A DNA stretch of 64,000 nucleotides from Nocardioides sp. (lineage in GTDB: Bacteria > Actinomycetota > Actinomycetes > Propionibacteriales > Nocardioidaceae): the NCBI RefSeq assembly GCF_025965125.1, contig NZ_JAOPXM010000187.1; one strand, given 5' to 3'. The position numbers and the translations under genes were made by a program. The notes below the pieces were generated by a model, which saw only the letters and a program-made list of their open reading frames with translations, ran no database searches and was not told the origin of the DNA. This document shows, one piece after another, positions 27,332 through 35,696 of this stretch (the stretch's first letter is position 1; each line of letters starts with the position of its first letter).

Positions 27332-28885
27332 GTGCCCTACCTCAGTAGCAGCGGCAGCACACGCAGGGGTGGCGACGGCCGCCTCACCATGGCTCTCGAC
27401 CCCCAGGACCAGGGCCCTCAGGACGCCTGCGGAGTCTTCGGGGTCTGGGCTCCCGGCGAGGACGTCGCCAAGCTCACCTACTTCGGCCTGTACGCCCTGC
27501 AGCACCGGGGCCAGGAGTCGGCCGGCATCGCGGTCAGCAACGGCCGCCAGATCCTGGTCTACAAGGACATGGGTCTGGTCTCTCAGGTCTTCGACGAGAC
27601 GACGCTGGCCTCGCTCAAGGGTCACCTCGCCATCGGCCACTCGCGCTACTCGACCACCGGCGCCAGCACCTGGCAGAACGCCCAGCCCACGTTCCAGCCC
27701 ACCGCCGACGGCTCCATCGCGCTCGGCCACAACGGCAACCTGATCAATACCCACGAGCTGGCGAAGATGGTGCTGGACCTCCCCGGCCCGGAGGACCAGC
27801 TCGACCTGCACACCCGCCCGCAGGAGGCGTCGACCAACGACACCGGCCTCGTCACGGCGCTGCTGGCGCACCACCCCGACACCTCGCTCGAGCAGCGGGC
27901 GCTCGAGGTCCTCCCGCTCCTGCGCGGCGCGTTCTGCTTCGTCTGGATGAACGAGAACACGCTGTACGCCGCGCGCGACCCCCAGGGCATCCGGCCACTG
28001 GTGCTGGGGCGCCTCGACCGTGGCTGGGTCGTGGCGAGCGAGGACGCCGCCCTGGCCACGATCGGCGCCAGCGTCGTACGCGAGGTGGAGCCCGGCGAGA
28101 TGATCGTCATCGACGAGGACGGCCTCCGCTCCCACCGGTTTGCCGAGGCCGAGCCCAAGGGCTGCGTCTTCGAGTACGTCTACCTCGCCCGACCCGACGC
28201 CACGATCAGTGGCCGCAGCGTGCACGAGGCACGCGTGGAGATGGGTCGTCAGCTGGCCCGCGAGTTCCCCGTCGAGGCCGATCTGGTGATCCCGGTGCCG
28301 GAGTCCGGCACACCGGCGGCCGCCGGGTACGCCGAGGAGAGCGGCATCCCGTTCGGGCAGGGCTTCGTCAAGAACGCCTACGTCGGACGCACGTTCATCC
28401 AGCCCAGTCAGACGCTCCGCCAGCTCGGCATCCGGCTCAAGCTCAATGCCCTGGACCACATGATCCGTGGCAAGCGGATCGTCGTGGTCGATGACTCGAT
28501 CGTGCGCGGCAACACCCAGCGCGCCCAGGTCCGGATGCTGCGCGAGGCAGGTGCGCTCGAGGTGCACGTGCGGATCTCCAGTCCGCCCGTGAAGTGGCCG
28601 TGCTTCTACGGCATTGACTTCGCCACCCGGGCCGAGCTGATCGCCAACGGGCTCACCCCCGAGGAGATCGCGGCCAGTGTCGGGGCCGACACGCTCGGCT
28701 ACATCTCCCTCGACGGGATGGTCGACGCAACCAAGCAGTCACCCCAGACGCTCTGCCAGGCCTGCTTTACCGGTGAGTACCCGGTGCCCCTGCCCGACGA
28801 GAGCCTGCTCGGCAAGCACCTGCTCGAGGCGACGCTCAAGAGCCCGACCCTGGGCAAGGAACTTCCTGTCCTCAACAACCCGTGA
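27332..28885 (+). CDS. purF: amidophosphoribosyltransferase
   Basis: 'CGVFGVWAP' is the N-terminal nucleophile Cys after a propeptide. Also 'RGQESAGI' and 'VVVDDSIVRGNT' (PRPP loop). Start is the GTG at 27332 or the ATG at 27389. Confidence 0.93.
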   Translation: MPYLSSSGSTRRGGDGRLTMALDPQDQGPQDACGVFGVWAPGEDVAKLTYFGLYALQHRGQESAGIAVSNGRQILVYKDMGLVSQVFDETTLASLKGHLAIGHSRYSTTGASTWQNAQPTFQPTADGSIALGHNGNLINTHELAKMVLDLPGPEDQLDLHTRPQEASTNDTGLVTALLAHHPDTSLEQRALEVLPLLRGAFCFVWMNENTLYAARDPQGIRPLVLGRLDRGWVVASEDAALATIGASVVREVEPGEMIVIDEDGLRSHRFAEAEPKGCVFEYVYLARPDATISGRSVHEARVEMGRQLAREFPVEADLVIPVPESGTPAAAGYAEESGIPFGQGFVKNAYVGRTFIQPSQTLRQLGIRLKLNALDHMIRGKRIVVVDDSIVRGNTQRAQVRMLREAGALEVHVRISSPPVKWPCFYGIDFATRAELIANGLTPEEIAASVGADTLGYISLDGMVDATKQSPQTLCQACFTGEYPVPLPDESLLGKHLLEATLKSPTLGKELPVLNNP

Positions 28886-28895
28886 GGCTCGCGCC

Positions 28896-29972
28896 GTGAC
28901 CGAGAAGAACGCGTACGCCGAGGCCGGCGTCTCCATCGAGGCCGCCGACAAGGCGATCGAGCTGATGAAGGTCTGGACCGAGAAGGCTCGGCGTCCCGAG
29001 GTGATCGGCAGCCTGGGTGGCTTTGCGGGGCTGTTCGACGCCTCCGCGCTCACCAAGTACACGCGACCCCTGCTGGCGACGTCCACCGACGGGGTCGGCA
29101 CCAAGGTCGCGATCGCGCAGGCCATGGACGTCCACGACACCATCGGCTTCGACCTCGTCGGCATGGTCGTCGACGACCTGGTCGTGTGCGGGGCCGAGCC
29201 GCTCTTCATGACCGACTACATCGCTACCGGACGCGTCGTACCTGAACGGATCGCCGCAATCGTCAAGGGCATCGCCGAGGCCTGCGTCGAGGCCGGCTGT
29301 GCCCTCATCGGCGGCGAGACCGCGGAGCACCCCGGCCTGCTCGAGCCGGATGAGTACGACGTGGCGGGCGCCACGACCGGCGTGGTCGAGGCCGACCGCC
29401 TGCTCGGCCCGGGGCGGGTCCGGCCTGGCGACGTCGTCATCGCGATGGCGGCGAGCGGGTTGCACTCCAACGGCTACTCCCTCGTGCGGCACGTCTTGCT
29501 GAACACCGCGAAGTGGGGCCTCGAGCGCAACGTCCCCGAGCTCGGCAAGGCGCTGGGCGAGGAGCTGCTGACGCCGACGCGGATCTACGCGAAGGCCTGC
29601 CTCGCGCTGGCCGACGCCACGCATACGCACGCGATGTCGCACATAACCGGCGGCGGGCTCGCGGCGAACCTCGAGCGGGTGCTGCCGGCCGAGCTGACCG
29701 CCAACATCGACCGCGGCACCTGGTCGCCGCAGCCGATCTTCGACCTGGTGCGCCAGGTCGGGTCGGTGTCGCAGCCCGACCTGGAGGCCACACTCAACTG
29801 CGGGGTGGGCATGGTCGCCCTCACGCCACCCGACGACGTAGACCGCGCCATCGCCGTCCTCGACGGGTTCGGGATCCGGGCCTGGGTCGCCGGCGAGGTC
29901 GGGCTCGACGCGTCGGCCGGCGGAGCAGACGGAGGCAAGGTCCGGTTGACCGGCCAGCACCCCGGCTGGTGA
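28896..29972 (+). CDS. purM: phosphoribosylformylglycinamidine cyclo-ligase (AIR synthetase)
   Basis: 'YAEAGVSIEAADKAIE', 'LATSTDGVGTK' and 'HSNGYSL' are typical of PurM. The start was trimmed to the GTG at 28896. Confidence 0.92.
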   Translation: MTEKNAYAEAGVSIEAADKAIELMKVWTEKARRPEVIGSLGGFAGLFDASALTKYTRPLLATSTDGVGTKVAIAQAMDVHDTIGFDLVGMVVDDLVVCGAEPLFMTDYIATGRVVPERIAAIVKGIAEACVEAGCALIGGETAEHPGLLEPDEYDVAGATTGVVEADRLLGPGRVRPGDVVIAMAASGLHSNGYSLVRHVLLNTAKWGLERNVPELGKALGEELLTPTRIYAKACLALADATHTHAMSHITGGGLAANLERVLPAELTANIDRGTWSPQPIFDLVRQVGSVSQPDLEATLNCGVGMVALTPPDDVDRAIAVLDGFGIRAWVAGEVGLDASAGGADGGKVRLTGQHPGW

Positions 29973-30155
29973 CCGGACGGCCCCCCGGAGTGATCTTCAT
30001 CGCGTCCCGGGCGGATTTCGCTGAGGGCGGACGGCGATTCATGGACTCGGTGTGCGGGAACAGCCGGGCAACAGGTAGCGTTGCGCCCACGAGAAATCTT
30101 TGAGACAGCCCGGGAGCCTCGTTGCCCCGGCCGAGTGTGCGAGGGGGCTGAGCCT

Positions 30156-30341
30156 ATGGGGCGCGGCCGAGCGAAAGCCAAGCAGACGAAGGTCGCCCGC
30201 GACCTGAAGTACCGCACTCACGAGACGGACTTCGGGGCCTTGGCCAGCGAGCTCCACGGCGAGAGTGACACGCCGGAGGAGCAGGTCGATCCCGAGGTGC
30301 TCGAGAAGTGGTCGGACTACTCCGGCCCCTCTCGCGACTGA
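30156..30341 (+). CDS. DUF3073 family small protein
   Basis: 'MGRGRAKAKQTKVARDLKY' is the N-terminus characteristic of the small conserved protein found downstream of purM in Actinobacteria (recollection). Confidence 0.7.
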   Translation: MGRGRAKAKQTKVARDLKYRTHETDFGALASELHGESDTPEEQVDPEVLEKWSDYSGPSRD

Positions 30342-30356
30342 CGTCGGGCACTGTCG

Positions 30357-30442
30357 GTTTCACTGGTTAACCAGTGAAACCCTCGCTTTACCCGGGAAAT
30401 AACCCAGGCGAGGCGACAGTTTCACTGGTTAACCAGTGAAAC
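30357..30442. repeat. twin perfect 24-bp palindromes GTTTCACTGGTTAACCAGTGAAAC (30357-30380 and 30419-30442) flanking a short hairpin
   Basis: Both copies are identical and perfectly self-complementary (checked by hand), starting 62 bp apart. CCTCGC/GCGAGG and CTGTCG/CGACAG pairings lie around them. Confidence 0.9.
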
Positions 30443-30449
30443 CAACCGC

Positions 30450-31550
30450 TCAGTCGCTCAGCCAGATCCCCCGCAGGCGACCCACGTCGCGCATCCGGCG
30501 TTCGGCGAGCCGGTCCGCCGCGATGGCGGGGGGTACGCCGTCCGACGCGGCCAGCTCGAAGACGCGCCGGGTGGTCTCGAAGATGCCGGATGCCCGCTGC
30601 CGGGCGCGCTCGAACGAGAAGCCTTCGAGCTCGTCGGCGACCTGGATGAGGCCGCCGGCGTTGACGCAGTAGTCAGGCGCGTAAAGGATCCCGCGCTCCT
30701 CGAGCGCCTTCTCCACTCCGGCGTGGGCGAGCTGGTTGTTCGCCGCGCCGCACACGATCCGGGCGCCGAGCACGTCGACGACCTCGTCGGTGATGGCCCC
30801 ACCCAGCGCGCACGGCGCATAGACGTCGAGGGTCGACGCGACCAGAGCGTCTGTCGAGGACACCGCTCCGACCGAGGGGTGCTCGTCGAGCACCCGCTGC
30901 ACGGCCGCCGGGCTGACATCGGTCACCACCACGCTCGCGCCGTCTTCCACGAGGTGGCTCACCAGGTGGTGACCCACCTTGCCGACGCCGGCGACCCCGA
31001 CGGTCCGTCCCGCAAGCGTGGGCTGTCCCCAGGCGATCGAGGCGGCCGCCCGCATGCCCTGGAACACGCCGTACGCCGTGAGCACCGAGCTGTCACCGGC
31101 GCCTCCGTGCGAGACCGACCGCCCGGTCACGAACGAGCACTCGCGGGCGATGACGTCCATGTCGTCGGAGTAGGTGCCGACGTCGCAGGCCGTGTAGTAG
31201 CGCCCGGCCAGGGACTCCACGAAGCGACCGTAGGCGCGCAGCAGCCCTTCGTTCTTGAGCGTGGCCGGGTCACCGATGATGACGGCCTTGCCGCCACCCA
31301 GGTCGAGCCCGGCCAGCGCGGCCTTGTAGGACATCCCACGCGAGAGGTTGAGGACGTCGATCAGCGCGTCCGCCGTCGAGGCGTAGGGGTAGAAGCGGGT
31401 GCCGCCCAGTCCGGGGCCGAGCGCCGTGGAGTGCAGGGCGATGATCGCCCGGAGGCCGGTCGCCGGATCGTTGGCGAAGACGACCTGTTCGTGGTCGGCG
31501 CCGAGCTCGAAGACATCGGCGGACCGGTCGAACGACTGCGTTCCAGACAT
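30450..31550 (-). CDS. Leu/Val/Phe dehydrogenase family (Glu/Leu/Phe/Val dehydrogenase superfamily)
   Basis: '[19 protein letters not shown]' carries the catalytic Lys motif and '[13 protein letters not shown]' is a NAD fold. The start was trimmed to the ATG at 31550; 31604 is an alternative. Confidence 0.85.
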   Translation of the reverse strand: MSGTQSFDRSADVFELGADHEQVVFANDPATGLRAIIALHSTALGPGLGGTRFYPYASTADALIDVLNLSRGMSYKAALAGLDLGGGKAVIIGDPATLKNEGLLRAYGRFVESLAGRYYTACDVGTYSDDMDVIARECSFVTGRSVSHGGAGDSSVLTAYGVFQGMRAAASIAWGQPTLAGRTVGVAGVGKVGHHLVSHLVEDGASVVVTDVSPAAVQRVLDEHPSVGAVSSTDALVASTLDVYAPCALGGAITDEVVDVLGARIVCGAANNQLAHAGVEKALEERGILYAPDYCVNAGGLIQVADELEGFSFERARQRASGIFETTRRVFELAASDGVPPAIAADRLAERRMRDVGRLRGIWLSD

Positions 31551-31652
31551 GGATGGTGCCTGCTCTCTCGTGGTGCGGTCACACGGTGAGTGACCTGACG
31601 TCACGGTCCGCAGGGGTGGCGCGGATCCGCTACGAAGAGGGTAGAGGCAATT

Positions 31653-32636
31653 TCAGCGCAGGATGGTCGTGATGGCGTACCCCGCCCCGAACATCGCCGC
31701 GAAGACCAGCAGGCACAGCATCAGCAACGGGACCAGGGGCCGACGCGGCTCGGCGTGCGACTGGGTGAGCGTGCCGACGGTTTCCGGTGTCTCCCAGTGC
31801 GTGAGCGTGGTGGGCGCGGGCACGGGTGCGGACGGCAGCGCCGCACGCAGGGCAGCCACGAACGAGTCCACGTCCTTCCAGCGATGCTCGGGGTCCGGCT
31901 GCAGGGCGCGCAGCAGGACGTCGTCCACGGCGCTCGACACGTCGACGAACGACGACGGTGCGGCCGGCAGGGACGCGTGCGCGAGCTCGCCGATGCTGAC
32001 GTCGCGGGCCAGTCGGCCGGTGAGCATCTGGTAGGCCACCGCGCCCAGCGCGTGCACGTCCGCGCGGCGGTCGATGCCGCCACCAGTGGCCTGCTCGGGT
32101 GCCATGTACGACGGGGTCCCCACCACCTGGGTCAGCCCGCTCGCATGCAGCATCGCCTTGGCCACGCCCAGGTCGGCCACCAGGAGCCGGTCGCCGGCGC
32201 TGCCGCCGCTGCGCAGCAACAGGTTCTGGGGCTTGATGTCGCGGTGGACCACGCCGTGCTCGTGGAGCACCGACAACCCGGCGCCCGCCTGGGCGACGAG
32301 ATCCATGACCTGGCCGTGCGGCAGCGGCTCCTCGGGTTCGAGAAGCGCGGCCAGCGAGCCGAGGTCGGCGTACGTCATCACGAAGTACGGCGTCCCGTCC
32401 GCCTCGCCGACGTCGTAGACCCGCACGATGTGGTCGGAGTCCGCGCGCCGCAGGATCCGCGCCTCCTCCAGGAACCGTTCGCGCACGTCGAGACGCTGCG
32501 CCCAGTTGTCGGCGAGCGCCTTCACGGCGACGTCGGAGCGCAGCTCGGCGTCGTGGTAGAGCCAGACGGTGGCGAACCCGCCCACCCCCAGCCGGTCCAC
32601 CCGCTGCAGGCGTCCGAGACGCTCCGGGAGGGACAC
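31653..32636 (-). CDS. Ser/Thr protein kinase, C-terminally tail-anchored
   Basis: 'GVGGFATVW', 'VAVK', 'HRDIKPQNLL', 'ADLGVAK' and 'SYMAPEQ' are Hanks kinase subdomains. A single TM lies at the extreme C-terminus (LVPLLMLCLLVFAAMFGAGYAITTIL). The start was trimmed to the GTG at 32636 because the longer ORF overlaps the sigma gene. Confidence 0.8.
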   Translation of the reverse strand: MSLPERLGRLQRVDRLGVGGFATVWLYHDAELRSDVAVKALADNWAQRLDVRERFLEEARILRRADSDHIVRVYDVGEADGTPYFVMTYADLGSLAALLEPEEPLPHGQVMDLVAQAGAGLSVLHEHGVVHRDIKPQNLLLRSGGSAGDRLLVADLGVAKAMLHASGLTQVVGTPSYMAPEQATGGGIDRRADVHALGAVAYQMLTGRLARDVSIGELAHASLPAAPSSFVDVSSAVDDVLLRALQPDPEHRWKDVDSFVAALRAALPSAPVPAPTTLTHWETPETVGTLTQSHAEPRRPLVPLLMLCLLVFAAMFGAGYAITTILR

Positions 32637-32678
32637 GCTCGGTATTGTGCCGCAGGGACCTGATCGGGCCGGGGGCGC

Positions 32679-33278
32679 ATGAGTCGGGAGGTGCACGTGA
32701 CGACGGACTCGTCCCGGGACCGGCACAGCGACGCCGATGGGGCCGACGTCGAGGCGCTCGCGGTTCGGGCGGCCGCGGGAGACCGCGACGCGCTGGAGAC
32801 GCTGCTCGCGGCGATCCAGCCCCGGGTCCGGCGCATCTGCGGGCGGATGCTGCTCTACCCCGAGGACGCGGATGAGGCGACCCAGGACGCGTTGCTCCTG
32901 GTGGCCACGAAGGTCCACCAGTTCGGCGGTCGGAGCAGGTTCACGACGTGGCTGCACGCCGTTGCGTCGAACAGCGCGCGCTCGACGTACCGCACGCTCA
33001 AGCGACGCGCCGGGGAGCGGCTCACCGCCGAGCTGCCCCCGATGCCGGACCCGCGCACGACCAGCGTGATCGCCGGCAGCCGGCTCGACCTGCTCGAGGC
33101 CCTCGATGTCCTGGGTGCCGATCACCCCGAGCTCGTGGAGCCGCTGGTCCTGCGCGACGTGCAGGAGCTTGACTACGCCGAGATCGCGAGGTTTCTCGAC
33201 ATCCCGCTCGGGACCGTGAAGTCGCGCATCCACGCGGCCCGCAACACCGTTCGGCCGTTGCTGGTGGTCACGGACTGA
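32679..33278 (+). CDS. ECF-type RNA polymerase sigma-70 family factor
   Basis: Region 2 'DADEATQDALLLVATKVHQFGGRSRFTTWL' and region 4 'LRDVQELDYAEIARFLDIPLGTVKSRIHAAR'. Confidence 0.85.
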   Translation: MSREVHVTTDSSRDRHSDADGADVEALAVRAAAGDRDALETLLAAIQPRVRRICGRMLLYPEDADEATQDALLLVATKVHQFGGRSRFTTWLHAVASNSARSTYRTLKRRAGERLTAELPPMPDPRTTSVIAGSRLDLLEALDVLGADHPELVEPLVLRDVQELDYAEIARFLDIPLGTVKSRIHAARNTVRPLLVVTD

Positions 33279-34608
33279 CCCCGCGCATCAGCACCACGTC
33301 GCCGTGGCTGCCGTAGCCGACCACATCACCGCCGTACGCCGTCCCGTCGAACGTCGCCATCAGCCAGTCGTCGCCCTGGCGGGCCAGGCTCGGCCACGGG
33401 ATGTTCGTGGGGTACGGCGCATCCAGCTCGCCGATCTCGGTCAGGTGGAGGTCGAAGATGGGATACCTGCGACGCTGCCCCGAGCGCCCGTCGGGTCCAT
33501 CGCTCGCCAGCAACCGCCAGCCCTCGTCCAGCCGGAGCAGGGTGGTGCCCTCGGTGGCGAGCCGGTCCGGGGCGGCTCCCCGGAGGGTCAGCCGGTCGAG
33601 CGACGGACCCTCGGCCAGCACGGGGTGGAACTGGAAGAAACGCTGTGCGCTGACGTAGGCGACCAGCCAACCCTCGGGCGTCCGCACGAGGTGCGGGTCC
33701 CAGACACCCACTGAGGTGAGTCCCGTCGTCGGCAGGTCCAGATGCACCGTGTCGAGCACGTGCCGACCGGCCAGGAGGTCGGCACTCGAGCGCGCCACGG
33801 TCACCGCCACGGAGGCATCCTTGCGGCGGCCGTCGAAGTCGCCCCAGGTGCTGGTCGCGACCAACCACTCCTCGCCCTCTCGCACCAGGTGGGTGGCGTG
33901 GTCACCGAACACGCCGGGCCGGTCGGGACGCCGGAAGAACAGGTCGGCGCGGTGCTCGAGGGTGAGGCTCGCCGGGTCGAGCGCCCAGACCGAGGTGTGC
34001 CCGGTGTCGAAGAAGCCGGGTCCGGCGCTGGTGGCGGTGAGCAGCAGGGCGGCGCCGTCCCGGTACGGGGTGCCGTCGGCGCGAGTGACCCACCGGATGT
34101 CTCGCAGCCCGAGCTGGCCGAAGCCGCCGGCCGAGAAGCGGCTCACGTCGCCTCGGTGGCTGCTGTGCAGACCCGCCAGCCAGGCCTCGTTCCTCGGGTC
34201 GAACCGGCCGGCCAGGTCCACGCGTCCGCGCGCCACCCAGCGGCCCGCCTCCCTGCCGAGCACGGTGAGGTGGGTCCCGGTGAGCGTCAGGCCGAGCTGC
34301 TGCAGCTTCGTGGCTGCGCGCCCGTGGCGTCGACTCGCGTGCTTCGTGGTGCGACCGGAGGTCGTGACCTCCAGCCCCAGTCGCCCGGACGCGGCGTCGT
34401 ACCACCCGACGAGCCGCACCTCCCCGGACGCGAGCTCCAGCTCGACGCGTTCCGCTTCGGGGCCCGGCACGGCCGTGACGCCGGCGTACGGCGCCGGGTG
34501 CGGGGTTGCGTACGACGCTTCCGGCTCGCGAGCGTCGACGAGCGTGGCGGTTGCCGCGACCAGGGCGATCGGGCGGCGCCGGCCGACGACCTCGAAGCGG
34601 GGGAGCAC
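33268..34608 (-). CDS. hypothetical protein (beta-rich, possibly propeller-like)
   Basis: 446-aa ORF with coding-like composition. No motif I recognise. Confidence 0.5.
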   Translation of the reverse strand: MLPRFEVVGRRRPIALVAATATLVDAREPEASYATPHPAPYAGVTAVPGPEAERVELELASGEVRLVGWYDAASGRLGLEVTTSGRTTKHASRRHGRAATKLQQLGLTLTGTHLTVLGREAGRWVARGRVDLAGRFDPRNEAWLAGLHSSHRGDVSRFSAGGFGQLGLRDIRWVTRADGTPYRDGAALLLTATSAGPGFFDTGHTSVWALDPASLTLEHRADLFFRRPDRPGVFGDHATHLVREGEEWLVATSTWGDFDGRRKDASVAVTVARSSADLLAGRHVLDTVHLDLPTTGLTSVGVWDPHLVRTPEGWLVAYVSAQRFFQFHPVLAEGPSLDRLTLRGAAPDRLATEGTTLLRLDEGWRLLASDGPDGRSGQRRRYPIFDLHLTEIGELDAPYPTNIPWPSLARQGDDWLMATFDGTAYGGDVVGYGSHGDVVLMRGVSP

Positions 34609-34660
34609 CGCACGAGCCTAGGGCGAGTCCGGGGTGCGTCAGCCGACCGGCACGGCCTGC

Positions 34661-35119
34661 TCAGAACTCTTCGTCGTCGTCGATGACATGCATCGCGGCT
34701 TCCTCGGCGGATGCTCCGGCCCCGTCGATGCCGACGTCGTCGGCGAGGAAGTCCTGCTCGAGACCCGGGACGTCGTCGTCCTCGACGAGACGCCCGGCGC
34801 GCACGTTGCCTACCTCGGAGTCGAACACCCCGTTGTCGGGGTCGTCCGCCTCGGCCGCTGCGACGTCGTAGGGGTCGGCCTCAGGCTCCTCCTGCGCTAT
34901 CCGCTGGTCGAGCGTCTCGCCGAGCTCCTCCTCGAGCGGTGTGTTGCCGAAGCCTTCGGCCACCGACCACTTCTCGGGCGGCGAGTACCCCTCGTCGAGC
35001 GGCTCGGACAGGCCGCGCCGGTCGGTCTGGCTGTCCTCGGTGTCCTGGGGCTGGTTCTCCTCGTCGACGCTGTAGCCGTGGTAGCTGTCGGTGTCGTCGG
35101 GAGTGGGTCCTTCTGTCAT
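34661..35119 (-). CDS. highly acidic small protein (DUF5709-like)
   Basis: The start was trimmed to the ATG at 35119, preceded by AGGAGGAAC. 152 aa and extremely D/E-rich (…DDTDSYHGYSVDEENQPQDTEDSQ…DDDEEF). Confidence 0.65.
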   Translation of the reverse strand: MTEGPTPDDTDSYHGYSVDEENQPQDTEDSQTDRRGLSEPLDEGYSPPEKWSVAEGFGNTPLEEELGETLDQRIAQEEPEADPYDVAAAEADDPDNGVFDSEVGNVRAGRLVEDDDVPGLEQDFLADDVGIDGAGASAEEAAMHVIDDDEEF

Positions 35120-35404
35120 CAGTTCCTCCTGGGGTCTGACCTCGTTCATACCCGATAGACGTGCGCGGAGGCCTCCGGACGGGTCGGCGACCTCACCCGG
35201 ATGGGCGAACTTTCCGCACGTTGCGTTTTTTGGTGCGCCGGTTCGGGCACCGAGGTGGTGCCGACGGCTCGGTCGCACGAGGGCCTCACGCAGGCCGTCG
35301 CACACGGGCTGTGCAGCGAGCCGTCGGTTCTCAGCCGCAGCGAATGCCCCGCGTCCAGGGGATACGGGAGCCCGGGACGTGAACTCAGCACTTGAGGAGG
35401 ATCC

Positions 35405-35629
35405 ATGCCAGGCGGGAAGTCGTCGAACGTCAAGAACGAGAAGCAGTACGAAGCGCTCAAGGACAAGGGGATGTCGAAGGAGCGGGCAGCCAAGATCGCG
35501 AACAGCCCCGAGGCCTCCAAACACGGCGGCAAGAGCAGCGGCAAGGGCGGCGACAGCTCCCAGGGCGGCACCACCGCGCAGAAGAAGAAGGCGGGCCGCA
35601 AGGGCGGCAAGGCCAGCCACAGCTCGTAA
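35405..35629 (+). CDS. highly basic small protein (74 aa, Lys/Gly/Ser-rich; Rho-N/ChaB-like N-terminus)
   Basis: GAGGAGGA lies 5 nt upstream of the ATG. 'NEKQYEALKDKGMSKERAAKIAN' is followed by a K/G/S tail. Confidence 0.65.
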   Translation: MPGGKSSNVKNEKQYEALKDKGMSKERAAKIANSPEASKHGGKSSGKGGDSSQGGTTAQKKKAGRKGGKASHSS

Positions 35630-35696
35630 CGCACCCGCGTCCCAGCGGGTTGCCGACCCGGTGACCGGCAACCCATCCCCACGGCAGGAGCAAGCG

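Noticed and set aside
31586-31606. CRP/GlxR-like site GTGAgTGACCTGACGTCACgg upstream of the Leu/Val dehydrogenase gene.
   Set aside because: The half-sites are GTGA and TCAC, but the spacing is N7 rather than the canonical TGTGA-N6-TCACA, and the outer bases do not match. It contains only a short TGACGTCA palindrome.
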